Shown in pieces: positions 18,866-28,790 of a stretch of DNA of 56,216 nt; the stretch's first letter is position 1; every line of letters begins with the position of its first letter. The notes under the pieces were generated by a model. It saw only the letters and a program-made list of their open reading frames with translations. It made no database searches and was not told the DNA's origin. A program made the position numbers and the translations under genes. This stretch comes from Candidatus Zhuqueibacterota bacterium (GTDB lineage Bacteria; Zhuqueibacterota; Zhuqueibacteria; Zhuqueibacterales; Geothermadaptataceae). The stretch spans positions 1 to 56,216 of the forward strand of contig WFVT01000025.1 in NCBI GenBank assembly GCA_015491485.1, given 5' to 3'.

Positions 18866-19018
18866 GTTCCGACCTCCTGGAACCATTCAGGCGGTGCATT
18901 TCATCAAAAAATGGCATCGTGTTGAAATTCCGGCATTCAATAGCCCCCTGGTGCTTGCATAAAACCTTTCGTTTTTCGATTTAAACCATACCTCCTTCCG
19001 GCAAAATGAAATCCATCA

Positions 19019-19060
19019 GGGCTTTGACCGGTGCGCGATAATGAACCACCGGCAAAGCCC
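19019..19060. other. Stem-loop downstream of the TolB-like gene
   Basis: GGGCTTTG(A)CCGGT...ACCGGCAAAGCCC 13-bp stem with one bulge; no clean U-tract. Confidence 0.5.
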
Positions 19061-19082
19061 GATTGCTTTTGATGCCTACCGT

Positions 19083-20159
19083 TTAATCCTGCCACTCGGC
19101 AATGAACAAATTCGTCTGCCGGGGATTTTTCCCGTTCCGGTTTGAAGCAAAGATCAGCTTTTTCCCATCCCTGGAGAACATGGGGAAGCCGTCAAAACTT
19201 TCAAAATGGGTAATTTGCTCCAGGCCGGTGCCATCGAGATTGATCATCCAGAGTTCGAAATTGCGGCCGTTTTCACTGCCATAGTTGGAGGAGAAGATAA
19301 TCCGCTTGCCGTCGGGATGGAAAAAAGGAGCAAAATTGGCGGCGCCGTTATTGGTAATTTGCCGTTTATTGCTGCCATCGGCATCCATCACCCAAATTTC
19401 CAGCCGGTTTGGCCGAATCAAATTTTTTGCCAAAAGCGATTTGTAATCTTCAATTTCTTCCGGCGTTTTGGGATGATATGCCCGGTACACAATTTTTTTG
19501 CTGTCAAAAGAAAAAAACGGGCCGCCGTCATAGCCAAGTTCGTGGGTCAACTGTTTGACATTGCTGCCATCGATGTCCATAACGTAAATATCCAAATCGC
19601 CGTTGCGGGTGGAGGTAAAAACAATTTTTTTGCCGTCCGGGGAAACCGTGGCTTCTGCATCGTATCCGGGGGTATCGGTCAGTTGTTTTAAGTTTTTGCC
19701 ATCGGCATCGGCGATGAACAGGTCATAACTGGGATACAGCGCCCAAACATAGCCCTGGCTCCAGTCCGGCGGAGGGGGACATTTCTCGTCATAATGATGG
19801 GTGGATGCATAGAGAATGTGCTGATCTCCGGGCATGAAATAGGCGCAGGTCGTTCGGCCTTTGCCGGTACTCACCAGCCGCTTATTCTTGCCATCCACAT
19901 CCATGACATAAATCTGATCGCATTCGAAAGAATCTCGTGTCGATTGAAAAATGATTTTCGATTCATCAAAACTAAAATACCCCTCTGCGGAATTTTCCCC
20001 TTCAAAAGTCAATTGACGGATACTTTTGAAATGTTTTTCACCCGGAAAAATTAAATCGGCGTTCGAACCTGCAGACGTTTCGCTTTGCTCCTTTTTCTGA
20101 CATCCCAGGCCCAGAACTGCAATCAGCAGGCCGATTCCAATTCGTTGCATTACATCCAT
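19083..20159 (-). CDS. TolB-like (PD40 repeat) beta-propeller lipoprotein
   Basis: Lipobox LGLGC; repeated FSxDGKKIxFxS units; start at ATG 20159 or 20150 after AGGAGAGAGG. Confidence 0.88.
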   Translation of the reverse strand: MDVMQRIGIGLLIAVLGLGCQKKEQSETSAGSNADLIFPGEKHFKSIRQLTFEGENSAEGYFSFDESKIIFQSTRDSFECDQIYVMDVDGKNKRLVSTGKGRTTCAYFMPGDQHILYASTHHYDEKCPPPPDWSQGYVWALYPSYDLFIADADGKNLKQLTDTPGYDAEATVSPDGKKIVFTSTRNGDLDIYVMDIDGSNVKQLTHELGYDGGPFFSFDSKKIVYRAYHPKTPEEIEDYKSLLAKNLIRPNRLEIWVMDADGSNKRQITNNGAANFAPFFHPDGKRIIFSSNYGSENGRNFELWMINLDGTGLEQITHFESFDGFPMFSRDGKKLIFASNRNGKNPRQTNLFIAEWQD

Positions 20160-20253
20160 TTCCTCTCTCCTTTGCTTTGCGCCACTGATTTGCTTTCCAA
20201 TCAATCCATCCGGTCTGCATTTCACCACAGACGGGACTATACCGCAACGCTTT

Positions 20254-20973
20254 TCAACCAGATTCGAATTCCTCCCGGAAAGGCCGCCAGGGCAGAGGTT
20301 TCCGCAACCAAACGCCCCTTTCGTTGACCGTGGTATCATAGACGAGAAGTTCCACCCCGTTTTCTATGGCTTCCAGCAGAGTCCGGCCATAGGTTTTATC
20401 GATATGATGTGCCGGTGCAAACCCGCTTGCATCTTCGCGGTGCACCAGGAAGAAAATAACCCCCCGATGTCCCTCCTCCACAACCTGCATCAACTCGCGC
20501 AGGTGCTTGGTGCCGCGTGCGGTAACGGCATCCGGAAAGAGTGCGATCCCATTTTCAACCAGCGTCACATTTTTGACCTCAATAAAAATGCGTTTACCAC
20601 CGTCTTCCAGCAAAAAATCGGCGCGGCTGTTGGTACCATAGCGGACTTCCCGGCTCAGGGCATCATAATGGTTCAAGGTGTCGATCTTGCGCTCCAGTAA
20701 CGCCTCTTCCACGATTCGGTTCGTCCGCATGGTATTGATGCCCACCCAGGTTTTGCCTACATGGATCAGTTCCCAGGTAAAAGCCAATTTGCGCTTCGGA
20801 TTATTGGCCCGCGAAACCCGTACCGGCGCTCCGGGGATATTACAGCCGAGCATGCTGCCGGAATTCGGACAGTGAGCGGTAATGACCTCCCCGCTATCCA
20901 GCCGGATATCCGCTAAAAACCGTTTATATCGTTGGATGAGTGTTCCAGAGAGCAAAGGATTCGGAAAGTCCAA
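20254..20973 (-). CDS. sfsA: DNA/RNA nuclease SfsA
   Basis: RYKRFLAD, AHCPNSGSM, IEVKNVTL, FPDAVTARGTKHLREL. Confidence 0.95.
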   Translation of the reverse strand: MDFPNPLLSGTLIQRYKRFLADIRLDSGEVITAHCPNSGSMLGCNIPGAPVRVSRANNPKRKLAFTWELIHVGKTWVGINTMRTNRIVEEALLERKIDTLNHYDALSREVRYGTNSRADFLLEDGGKRIFIEVKNVTLVENGIALFPDAVTARGTKHLRELMQVVEEGHRGVIFFLVHREDASGFAPAHHIDKTYGRTLLEAIENGVELLVYDTTVNERGVWLRKPLPWRPFREEFESG

Positions 20974-21001
20974 GGTTCGTTGTCCTCAACAGGCTTCTTA
21001 T

Positions 21002-22057
21002 TCACTGGTCGGAGTTGCTTTCGTCCCGCCATGTTCCAAGGCGCAAGATAGCGGCTGCATCTTCGGGAGGAACCGGATTGACCTGAAAACCGGAGCTTGC
21101 CTCAAAGCTGTGGAAGGCTAAGACCTTTGGCGTCAGTTCGATATGCCAGTGGAAATCTTTTTCCAGGGTTTTCCAATAGCCTCGCTGCTTTCCGGCAATG
21201 ATGTTGGGACCGGAATGGATCACCATAATGTAATCAAAATTGTTTAAAACGGCACGCATTTTCTGGAAAATTTCTTGCAAACATACGGCCAGGTCGTACA
21301 ATTCACTGTTCCACTCGAAAAACGTTTCATGCCGTTTCGGTAAAATCATAAGCTGAAACGCCGCCCGGGCGGCGAATGGCGCGATGACGATAAAACCTTT
21401 GTGCTCCAGCACCACACGCACACGGGCTTCCTGTTCCTGCCGGATAATATCACAAAATAGACAGCGTTCCTTATATTCATAGTGCGCCCGTGCATTTGCC
21501 AACTCTTCTTTAACCAGCAAGGGAGTAATGGGGGTGGCGATAATGTGTGAATGAGAATGATCCAAAAATCCAGGTTCTCCATCGGATGTGGCTTTGTGCA
21601 TCAGCACATAACGGAACCGGTTATCGCGCTTCAAATCCAGAAAGCGCTCTTTATAAACCGTTAACACCTTTTCCAACTGCGGCGCCTCGAATTCACTGAG
21701 ATCAACACCATGTTTTGGCGTTTCAATGACCAGTTCATGGGCGCCAATGCCGTCCAGAACATCGTAAATGCCGATGCCGCGACTGTTCAAATGGCCGTGA
21801 ATTTGGAGAACAGGATATTTTTCCGGAATGACCCTCACCTGCCATCCGGGCTCATTGGCCTGACGGGGCACCTCGGAAATCGCAAATATTTCTGGTGTGG
21901 TTTCGTGCTCATGCCGTTCGCAATAGGAGCACACCTCCGTACTGACTTCCGGGCGCTGCTGAACCTTTTGAATGATCCTTTCGATATGATTTTGATTTTT
22001 TAAAATAATCGTCCAGTTTCCAGATATCGGGTCGCGGCGCAGTTCGTTTTTGTGCAT
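21002..22057 (-). CDS. GalT-fold nucleotidyltransferase/HIT-superfamily protein with atypical HSHSH active site
   Basis: ELRRDPISGNW, GAHELVIETP, RCLFCDII, FHWHIELTP, GFQVNPVPPE. Confidence 0.85.
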   Translation of the reverse strand: MHKNELRRDPISGNWTIILKNQNHIERIIQKVQQRPEVSTEVCSYCERHEHETTPEIFAISEVPRQANEPGWQVRVIPEKYPVLQIHGHLNSRGIGIYDVLDGIGAHELVIETPKHGVDLSEFEAPQLEKVLTVYKERFLDLKRDNRFRYVLMHKATSDGEPGFLDHSHSHIIATPITPLLVKEELANARAHYEYKERCLFCDIIRQEQEARVRVVLEHKGFIVIAPFAARAAFQLMILPKRHETFFEWNSELYDLAVCLQEIFQKMRAVLNNFDYIMVIHSGPNIIAGKQRGYWKTLEKDFHWHIELTPKVLAFHSFEASSGFQVNPVPPEDAAAILRLGTWRDESNSDQ

Positions 22058-22059
22058 CT

Positions 22060-23370
22060 TTACTCGCTCTCTACTTCAATCGACTGCTTCTCTGACGTAT
22101 CGGAGAGTTTACGGATTTTCACCTGTAATATCCGGTTCCGTTCCACTTTCTCGATGACAAATTCATAATTTTTGTACCGGATGCTCTGCTTCTCCTCGGG
22201 GACCTTGCCAATCAAGTTGAAAATAAAGCCGCCCAGGCTTTCGTAATCTTCCTCCGTGGGCAAATCCATATCCAGTTCATCGTTTAAATCATGGAGATCA
22301 ATCTTGGCGTTGACGACATACGTCTGATCATTAATGCGCCGGAAAAGCGGGGTTTCCTGATCATATTCATCCTGAATTTCCCCGACGATTTCCTCCAGAA
22401 TATCCTCCAACGTCACCAGACCTGCGGTGCCGCCATATTCGTCCACAACAATGGCCATATGGATTTTTTCCCGCTGAAACTCACGCAGCAGCTCATCGAT
22501 GTGTTTGTACTCAGGGACAAACAGGGTTTTCCGCGCCAGATTGACCAGATCGATCTTCTTCTCTTTTTCGTTCAGATAGGGCAAGAGATCCTTCGCATGG
22601 ATGATGCCAAGAATTTTGTCCACACTGCCTTCGTAAAGCGGGATCCGGCTGTGTCCTTTTTGGTGGATCAGCGAAATGAGTTCATCGAGGCTGGCGTTTT
22701 TCTCGATGCAGACCATGTCAATGCGCGGCACCATCACTTCTTTAACCTGGGTTTTTCGGAATTCAAAGATGGAATGGAGCATCTCGCGTTCTTCTTCCTG
22801 AAGCGCTCCCTGTTCCTGCCCGACTTCAATCAGCGTGCGCAGCTCTTCTTCTTTAAAAAAATATCCGCGTTTGGCAATCTCAAGCCGCTCCGCCAATCCG
22901 GAAGTCAGGGCATTGAGTATCGCGGTCAACGGCTTGAATGCATAGAAAAAGAACAGCATCACCCCGCCAAAGGTTCGGGCAAAACGGCTCGCATGGCGCA
23001 GGGCAAGGGTTTTGGGGGTAATTTCGCTCAGCAGGAGAAGCAGCAGCGTTACGACCACCACTTCCACCATCACCGCCAGATCAATACTCACCTGCCACAG
23101 GATTGCAAGTCGGGTTGCGAAGAGTGCGGCAACGGTCGCAGCGGAAATATTGGCAAGTGTATTGCCGATCAGGATCGCGATGAGAAGTTCCTGAACCCGG
23201 GATTTGAGAATGTGAACCGATCTCGGGAAACGGACGGCTTTTTCACTGTTTTCGAGCTGGCCGTTCTGAAAAAGGGTCATGAAAGCTGTTTCCGCGCCCG
23301 AAAAGAAGGCTGAGAGGCCGATGAAAAAAATGAACGCGAGGATTTCGATTACACCGATTTCGGGATCCAA
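22060..23370 (-). CDS. Hemolysin-family CNNM(DUF21)-CBS-CorC transporter (GldE/TlyC-like)
   Basis: [63 protein letters not shown]. Confidence 0.92.
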   Translation of the reverse strand: MDPEIGVIEILAFIFFIGLSAFFSGAETAFMTLFQNGQLENSEKAVRFPRSVHILKSRVQELLIAILIGNTLANISAATVAALFATRLAILWQVSIDLAVMVEVVVVTLLLLLLSEITPKTLALRHASRFARTFGGVMLFFFYAFKPLTAILNALTSGLAERLEIAKRGYFFKEEELRTLIEVGQEQGALQEEEREMLHSIFEFRKTQVKEVMVPRIDMVCIEKNASLDELISLIHQKGHSRIPLYEGSVDKILGIIHAKDLLPYLNEKEKKIDLVNLARKTLFVPEYKHIDELLREFQREKIHMAIVVDEYGGTAGLVTLEDILEEIVGEIQDEYDQETPLFRRINDQTYVVNAKIDLHDLNDELDMDLPTEEDYESLGGFIFNLIGKVPEEKQSIRYKNYEFVIEKVERNRILQVKIRKLSDTSEKQSIEVESE

Positions 23371-23460
23371 ATTTGTCTGTGTCTCCCTCGTTGGTTCGCT
23401 TCTTTTTCAATTTCGGACGGCCTATTCTGACATACCGCCCATTCTCGACATCAAATATAT

Positions 23461-23883
23461 TCAATGATGCCAGTATTTTTCAAGATATTTGTTTTCCAGA
23501 TGCCGCATCGTCTCACGTTCTTCCCGGCTGGCGTCATCAAAACCAATCACATGCAATACCCCGTGAATGACCAGTCTGGCCAATTCCTCTTCAAAAGGGC
23601 ACCGATACTGCCTGGCATTTTCCTCGGCAACCTCAGGGCAAATATAGATGTCGCCAATAATTTTGCCTTCCGGATCCGGACCGAGATTAAAAGAAATGAC
23701 ATCGGTCCGGTAACTTCGCTGCAGGTAACGCTGATTCAGATCAACGATCATTTCTACCGGAACGAAGGTGATGGTCAGATCGCACCTGTCGTTGCGGTGC
23801 GCATTCCAGACCGCCGAGGCCAGTTTTCGCAAAGGCTGCTTACGCAGGCTTTTGAGTTTGCTCTGATTGAATATTCTCACCAT
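23461..23883 (-). CDS. ybeY: rRNA maturation RNase YbeY
   Basis: TDVISF, GDIYIC, HGVLHVIGFDD (third His of the usual H3xH5xH motif appears as Asp). Confidence 0.9.
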   Translation of the reverse strand: MVRIFNQSKLKSLRKQPLRKLASAVWNAHRNDRCDLTITFVPVEMIVDLNQRYLQRSYRTDVISFNLGPDPEGKIIGDIYICPEVAEENARQYRCPFEEELARLVIHGVLHVIGFDDASREERETMRHLENKYLEKYWHH

Positions 23884-26272
23884 GCGCGTCGGTTTCGGTT
23901 TTCGCGGGGGATTGCGTGTTTTCCGGCGACTCGGCTTCGCTTAACTTTTTCTCCTGATCGGGATACTCAACGCGACCGTGGAATACGCCGGTGAGGATTT
24001 TCACAAAGGCTTCTTGAATTTGATTCAGATCGCGCAACGTCAGCGGCGATTCATCCAATTCACAATTTTTAAACCGGTCATCAATAATGGCGTTCACAAC
24101 CGATCGAATCCGGCTGACCGATGGCTCTTTGAGAGAACGGCAAGCCGCCTCCACGGCATCCGCCAACATCACAATCCCGGTCTCTTTGGATTGCGGCTTG
24201 GGCCCGGGATACCGGAAATCGTCTTCGTTAATCTCTTTATCTTCACTGACTTCCTTGGCTTTATTATAAAAATACGAAATCAACGTCGTGCCGTGATGCT
24301 CTGAGATAAAGGCGCGGATTTCTTTGGGCAGTCCGTATTCCTGGGCGATTTCCAGACCGCGTTTGACGTGGCTGACCAGAATCAAACAGCTCATGTGCGG
24401 CGAAAGCTTCTCATGAGGGTTTTTGCCGTCCACCTGATTTTCAACAAAATATTCCGGTTTATCCATCTTTCCGATGTCGTGATAGTATGCCCCGACCCTG
24501 GCAAGCAGTGAATTGGCGCCAATCGCCTCCGCCGCGGCTTCTGCCAGAGACCCCACCAGCAAACTGTGATGATAGGTTCCCGGCGCGCGAATCGCCAGTT
24601 GCTGCAGCAGCGGTTTATTTAAATCGGATAGTTCCAGCAGCGTTGCATCGGTGGTCATGTCAAAAGTATATTCGAAAATGACCATCAGACCATAAGTCAG
24701 GATCGGGCTGAGAAATCCATTGATCAGGCCGAATCCAATGTTATTCATAATATCATCGAATTCGGAGTAGCGCAAGAGTTCCAGAGTACCGATGCTGATG
24801 ATATATCCGGACGTCACCCACAGGAAGGATTTGAACAGCCAGGATCGTGAACGCACGCGCCTGACCGATAAAATACTGGTGATGCCCACCACAAGTGTAA
24901 TCAGGGTAATGGAGAACTCATTGCCGCGCATGCCGGCAAGCAGAATAGCCAAACTGACCGTGCCCATGAAAGCGACTTGCGGATCGAAGAAGATCGTCAG
25001 CAACATCGCAGCGATGGCTACCGGAATCAGATATTCCGAAAGGGAAAACCGGCTGATAAAATTGCCTATAAATAGAATAAGCAGAAGCGTGATTAAAATC
25101 ATCAGCACTTTCGACAGATCATCGAACACCTCACGCCTCAAATAAAATAAAAACAGAAGAATAAATCCGAGACCAACACTCGCCATCATAATCCGTCCCC
25201 AGAGCGGTAAAATCGAGGACCAGCCGCGAGTGGCTTTTTCCCGTTCCGCTTTGGCCTGAGCCAGCGATCGCAGCTTCTGAATATGCTCTTTGGTGATTTT
25301 CTCGTGACTGTCGATGATCTTTTCTTTTTCCAGAACCGTCCCTTTTGCCAGCGGCACCCGCGCTACCGCCTCGTCGATCCGCTTCTGGGTCTCATTCTCA
25401 TCATAAAAAATATTGGGACGGATGATTTGACTCAAAATTTCATAACCGGCTTTGACGGCGGGATCGTAAGTAAACGTCTCGCGCAGTTTCTGCAGAATCG
25501 TCGCATCAAGGTTGCCCACGTGATGGAAATAGTTGACATCCTCGATGGTTTCTTCATCGCCGGCGTTCAGCGATAGTTTTTCCGGTTGATTGGGGAGATC
25601 CTGAGGAGCGATGTTCAGGATACCGATGCTGTACGTATCGCGGGCGATTTTCGATAATTTATCCAGAAAATCGTCCAGAGGTATGGTAATGGTATCGGTA
25701 TCGGCGGGAGCCGGTTGAACCGGCGCTTTGGAGCTGGCGCCAGGCGTTTTTGATGATGCGGCTGCGGGAGCCGTTTTCACCGTTAAGTGATTGAGAAAAA
25801 AGGAAAGTAGAGCTTCCGTAGGATTGATCTTTAAGGCTTTCAGATTTTCGCTCAGCAGAGAAGCCTTGATGCTATCCGGTATTTCTTTTTTAAGAACGGT
25901 ATCGACTCCGGCAAAAAATTGCTGAAGAATACGCATCTTGTGTTGCGCCACCGTATCAATGCGAATAAACACGGGGGCGACACTCTTTTTGGCTGCCTCC
26001 ACGTCGCGGCTGTACTCCTCGGGCGTTTTATTAATCGAAAAGGTAAACGGGGCAACCACCTGTTCACCGATATAAATTTCGCCTTCCTTTAAATCGGCAA
26101 ATTCATAGGACTTTTCGCGCGGATACATCAACACGATCAGGAAGACGGTTAAGGCAAATGCCACCCAGTGGAAGGCGTATCCGCGGCGCGCTTCGGAGAT
26201 TTTGCCCAGCCAGGTTTTTGCAAAGTCCTGCCAGAGACGCACAAATTTTGGATTATTCTGTTTCATGTTCAT
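23840..26272 (-). CDS. 7TM-HD family phosphohydrolase (PgpH-like, putative c-di-AMP phosphodiesterase)
   Basis: N-terminal TM, large extracytoplasmic domain, ~7 TMs, APGTYHHS, YYHDIGK, EHHGT, FRYPGPKPQ, MLADAVEA; start moved to ATG 26272 or 26266. Confidence 0.92.
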   Translation of the reverse strand: MNMKQNNPKFVRLWQDFAKTWLGKISEARRGYAFHWVAFALTVFLIVLMYPREKSYEFADLKEGEIYIGEQVVAPFTFSINKTPEEYSRDVEAAKKSVAPVFIRIDTVAQHKMRILQQFFAGVDTVLKKEIPDSIKASLLSENLKALKINPTEALLSFFLNHLTVKTAPAAASSKTPGASSKAPVQPAPADTDTITIPLDDFLDKLSKIARDTYSIGILNIAPQDLPNQPEKLSLNAGDEETIEDVNYFHHVGNLDATILQKLRETFTYDPAVKAGYEILSQIIRPNIFYDENETQKRIDEAVARVPLAKGTVLEKEKIIDSHEKITKEHIQKLRSLAQAKAEREKATRGWSSILPLWGRIMMASVGLGFILLFLFYLRREVFDDLSKVLMILITLLLILFIGNFISRFSLSEYLIPVAIAAMLLTIFFDPQVAFMGTVSLAILLAGMRGNEFSITLITLVVGITSILSVRRVRSRSWLFKSFLWVTSGYIISIGTLELLRYSEFDDIMNNIGFGLINGFLSPILTYGLMVIFEYTFDMTTDATLLELSDLNKPLLQQLAIRAPGTYHHSLLVGSLAEAAAEAIGANSLLARVGAYYHDIGKMDKPEYFVENQVDGKNPHEKLSPHMSCLILVSHVKRGLEIAQEYGLPKEIRAFISEHHGTTLISYFYNKAKEVSEDKEINEDDFRYPGPKPQSKETGIVMLADAVEAACRSLKEPSVSRIRSVVNAIIDDRFKNCELDESPLTLRDLNQIQEAFVKILTGVFHGRVEYPDQEKKLSEAESPENTQSPAKTETDAHGENIQSEQTQKPA

Positions 26273-27260
26273 CCAGATCCGATGATTTCGAAGAGTGCTC
26301 ATAGAGGGTATATGCTCGTATGATTTCACGCACCAGCCGGTGCCGCACGACATCCGCCTCATCCAGATAGACAAAGGCGATTCCGGGGATATCATAAAGG
26401 ATTCGGGTCGCCTGTACCAGACCGGATTCGCTACCCGGCGGCAAATCAATTTGTGTGATATCGCCGGTAACAATCGCCTTGGAATGAAGCCCCAGTCGGG
26501 TCAGAAACATTTTCATTTGGCTCGGAGTGGTGTTCTGGGCTTCATCCAGAATTACAAACGCATTATTCAGCGTACGCCCGCGCATATAAGCCAGCGGCAC
26601 CACCTCGATGACCCGCGTTTCCAGATAACGCTGCAGCTTTTCCGGCGGCAACATGTCGCCAAGCGCGTCGTACAGGGGGCGCAAATAAGGGTCCACTTTT
26701 TCGAGCAAATCGCCGGGCAAATACCCTAAGCTTTCACCGGCTTCCACCGCCGGCCGCGCCAGGACGATCCGGGAGACTTGACGATCCCGCAGGTGTGCAA
26801 CCGCCATCGCCACAGCCAGATACGTTTTACCCGTTCCCGCAGGCCCGATGACAAAAGTCAGATCATTGTTTTTGACGGTTTCAAAGTACTTCGCCTGCCC
26901 CACGGTCCTGGGCTTTACCGCGGTATCTTTGGTAAATAAAATGGCGTCAAATTGATTGGGCTCTTCGGCAACTTTCTGCTTGTGATTTTTATTGCCGAGC
27001 ACCACAGCCATGATCGTATCGACATCGCTTTCGTGCACTTGCTGATTTCGGTGATAAAGCATCAGCAATTCTGTGAAAATGCGCTCCAGCTTGGCCACCT
27101 CTTCAGGGGCGCCCTTCAAAATAATTTGGGTGCCACGGGCAACCACATTGGCATTGAATTCCGCAGATATTTTTTTCAAGAGCTGATCGCCAAATCCCAG
27201 CAAAATGGTTTGATCAACTCCACCGATATCGATCTTTTTCTCCACCGTTCGTTTTGCCAA
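26253..27260 (-). CDS. phoH: PhoH-family ATPase
   Basis: GPAGTGKTYLA, RPAVEAGE, PLAYMRGRT, DEAQN, GDITQIDLP; TTG start at 27260 after GGGAG. Confidence 0.94.
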   Translation of the reverse strand: MAKRTVEKKIDIGGVDQTILLGFGDQLLKKISAEFNANVVARGTQIILKGAPEEVAKLERIFTELLMLYHRNQQVHESDVDTIMAVVLGNKNHKQKVAEEPNQFDAILFTKDTAVKPRTVGQAKYFETVKNNDLTFVIGPAGTGKTYLAVAMAVAHLRDRQVSRIVLARPAVEAGESLGYLPGDLLEKVDPYLRPLYDALGDMLPPEKLQRYLETRVIEVVPLAYMRGRTLNNAFVILDEAQNTTPSQMKMFLTRLGLHSKAIVTGDITQIDLPPGSESGLVQATRILYDIPGIAFVYLDEADVVRHRLVREIIRAYTLYEHSSKSSDLDEHETE

Positions 27261-27411
27261 TTGAAAAACTCCCAAACAAAAAAAGCCCTTATGGAATGCA
27301 CACCGCATTCACGATAAGAGCTAATTTAAACCATTTTCGCGCCAGAAGCAATTGCACAAACGCAATTTTCATTTCTTTGGGGTTTGAATATGGCCTTTCC
27401 GGGGCCCCGAT

Positions 27412-27450
27412 AAAAAATCAGGCTATGGGTTGAACTCACCCATAGCCTGA
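27412..27450 (-). terminator. Intrinsic terminator after the LysM gene
   Basis: Perfect 13-bp stem TCAGGCTATGGGT/ACCCATAGCCTGA followed by T6 on the minus strand. Confidence 0.88.
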
Positions 27451-27474
27451 AAAATGGTTTGCCAGGATTAGAAA

Positions 27475-28323
27475 TTAGCGGGGAATCCGCAACACCTGGA
27501 ACGGATAAATTAAACTCGGATCGCTGCCTACGATATCCTTATTAGCCTCATACAATTTGGTCCACAGAGTGGGATCACCCAGGACATCGGCTTTACCGGC
27601 GATCTTGTAAAGGAAATCTCCTTTTTCAACCAGGTATTCATCCGGCCCAACTTCACGCTGAATCTTGAAGATTTGATCCGGATAGATTAAATCGGGGTCT
27701 TTGATCTGATCACGATTGTAGGAGTAAATCCTCACCCACTGGTAGGGATCTCCATAAATATCGCTCTTCCCCGCAATTTTCCAGAGATAATCGCCGCGCA
27801 TCACGGTATATTCATCGTAAATAGCTTTCGGCATGCGCGTACGCAGCTGCGTAATTTTGCCTTCAATGGAAGCAACCAGATTTTGCATCTCGGTCAGAGC
27901 ATAAATTTTGCTCTCTTTCAGCTCATTGAGTTGGGCTTCGAGATCATCCAATTCTTTGCGGCGCTTAAAAAGCTCTTCAGGGCTCAAAGCCATCAGACCA
28001 TCGAGCTGATTATTCAATGCATTCAACTGATTGCGGTAAGCATCGACGCCGGCAGCATCGGTCCCCAACATGGCGTAAATTTCATTCCAGACGGAGGCCG
28101 TTTGCTGTTCGGTTTCCTGGATCTGTTGCTTGAGGTTCGCAATTTCTTGATCCAGTCTGGCGATCTCCGCTTTCGCATCGGCTTCCCGCTTCTGCCACTC
28201 CTGCAATTGCGCCTGATATTCTTCCATGGTCATTTTTTCTTCTTGAGCGAAGGAAGCCGTGGCAAGCGAAAAAGCAAAAGCCCCGCACGCGATCGCCAGG
28301 GTGAATTTTGCAAACATCTTCAT
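27475..28323 (-). CDS. Exported coiled-coil protein with two C-terminal LysM domains
   Basis: Signal peptide ...ASFA-Q; heptad-rich helices; YTVMRGDYLWKIA...LIYPDQ and YLVEKGDFLYKIA...LIYPFQ. Confidence 0.92.
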   Translation of the reverse strand: MKMFAKFTLAIACGAFAFSLATASFAQEEKMTMEEYQAQLQEWQKREADAKAEIARLDQEIANLKQQIQETEQQTASVWNEIYAMLGTDAAGVDAYRNQLNALNNQLDGLMALSPEELFKRRKELDDLEAQLNELKESKIYALTEMQNLVASIEGKITQLRTRMPKAIYDEYTVMRGDYLWKIAGKSDIYGDPYQWVRIYSYNRDQIKDPDLIYPDQIFKIQREVGPDEYLVEKGDFLYKIAGKADVLGDPTLWTKLYEANKDIVGSDPSLIYPFQVLRIPR

Positions 28324-28362
28324 CTTTCACTCCTCAGATTATTTTAGTTAGGTTCTCCCTCT

Positions 28363-28629
28363 CTAAAGTCCCAAACGCTGTTTTACCGCCTCTTTTTCGT
28401 CTTTGGCCTTTTGCAATTCGCGCTTCTTCTGCTCAAGCTGCCGTTCTAAATCGGCTTTTTCGCGGCGCTTCTGCTCCACCGTCTGCTCGGCAGACAGGGC
28501 CGCCTGCTTCGTTTCCTCCAGTACCCGGAGCTGCTCTTCATTGGGATGTTTGGTGCAACCCACGATTCCCAGAGAGGCGGAGAATCCCAGGAGCAACCCC
28601 CAGTGTACCATCGTTTTGGCGATTTTCAT
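28363..28629 (-). CDS. Small coiled-coil lipoprotein (88 aa)
   Basis: AAGGAGGT RBS before ATG 28629; lipobox IVGC; mature part is one E/K/Q-rich helix. Confidence 0.85.
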   Translation of the reverse strand: MKIAKTMVHWGLLLGFSASLGIVGCTKHPNEEQLRVLEETKQAALSAEQTVEQKRREKADLERQLEQKKRELQKAKDEKEAVKQRLGL

Positions 28630-28750
28630 AAACGTTACACCTCCTTCCGGTTTTCCTTCCCATTGACTGTGTATGGCTTTAAAAGGAATTTTGACAAAAC
28701 CCCGCAAAGATTTATGTTTTTTAAGGATTAACCGCAGTTTATGCCGAATT

Positions 28751-28779
28751 ATTATAAGAATTAAATCATACTTTGTCAA
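28751..28779 (-). promoter_or_regulatory. Perfect-consensus sigma70 promoter for the lipoprotein-LysM operon
   Basis: TTGACA-17-TATAAT exactly. Confidence 0.88.
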
Positions 28780-28790
28780 GCAAAAAAGTC

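Noticed and set aside
18981..18997. Perfect SD (AAGGAGGT) followed by ATG-GTT-TAA minigene
   Set aside because: Zero spacing between SD and ATG makes initiation unlikely
22060..23370. Calling the CNNM/CBS gene gldE as evidence for Bacteroidota gliding
   Set aside because: The family is universal and no gldD or gldKLMN is in the window
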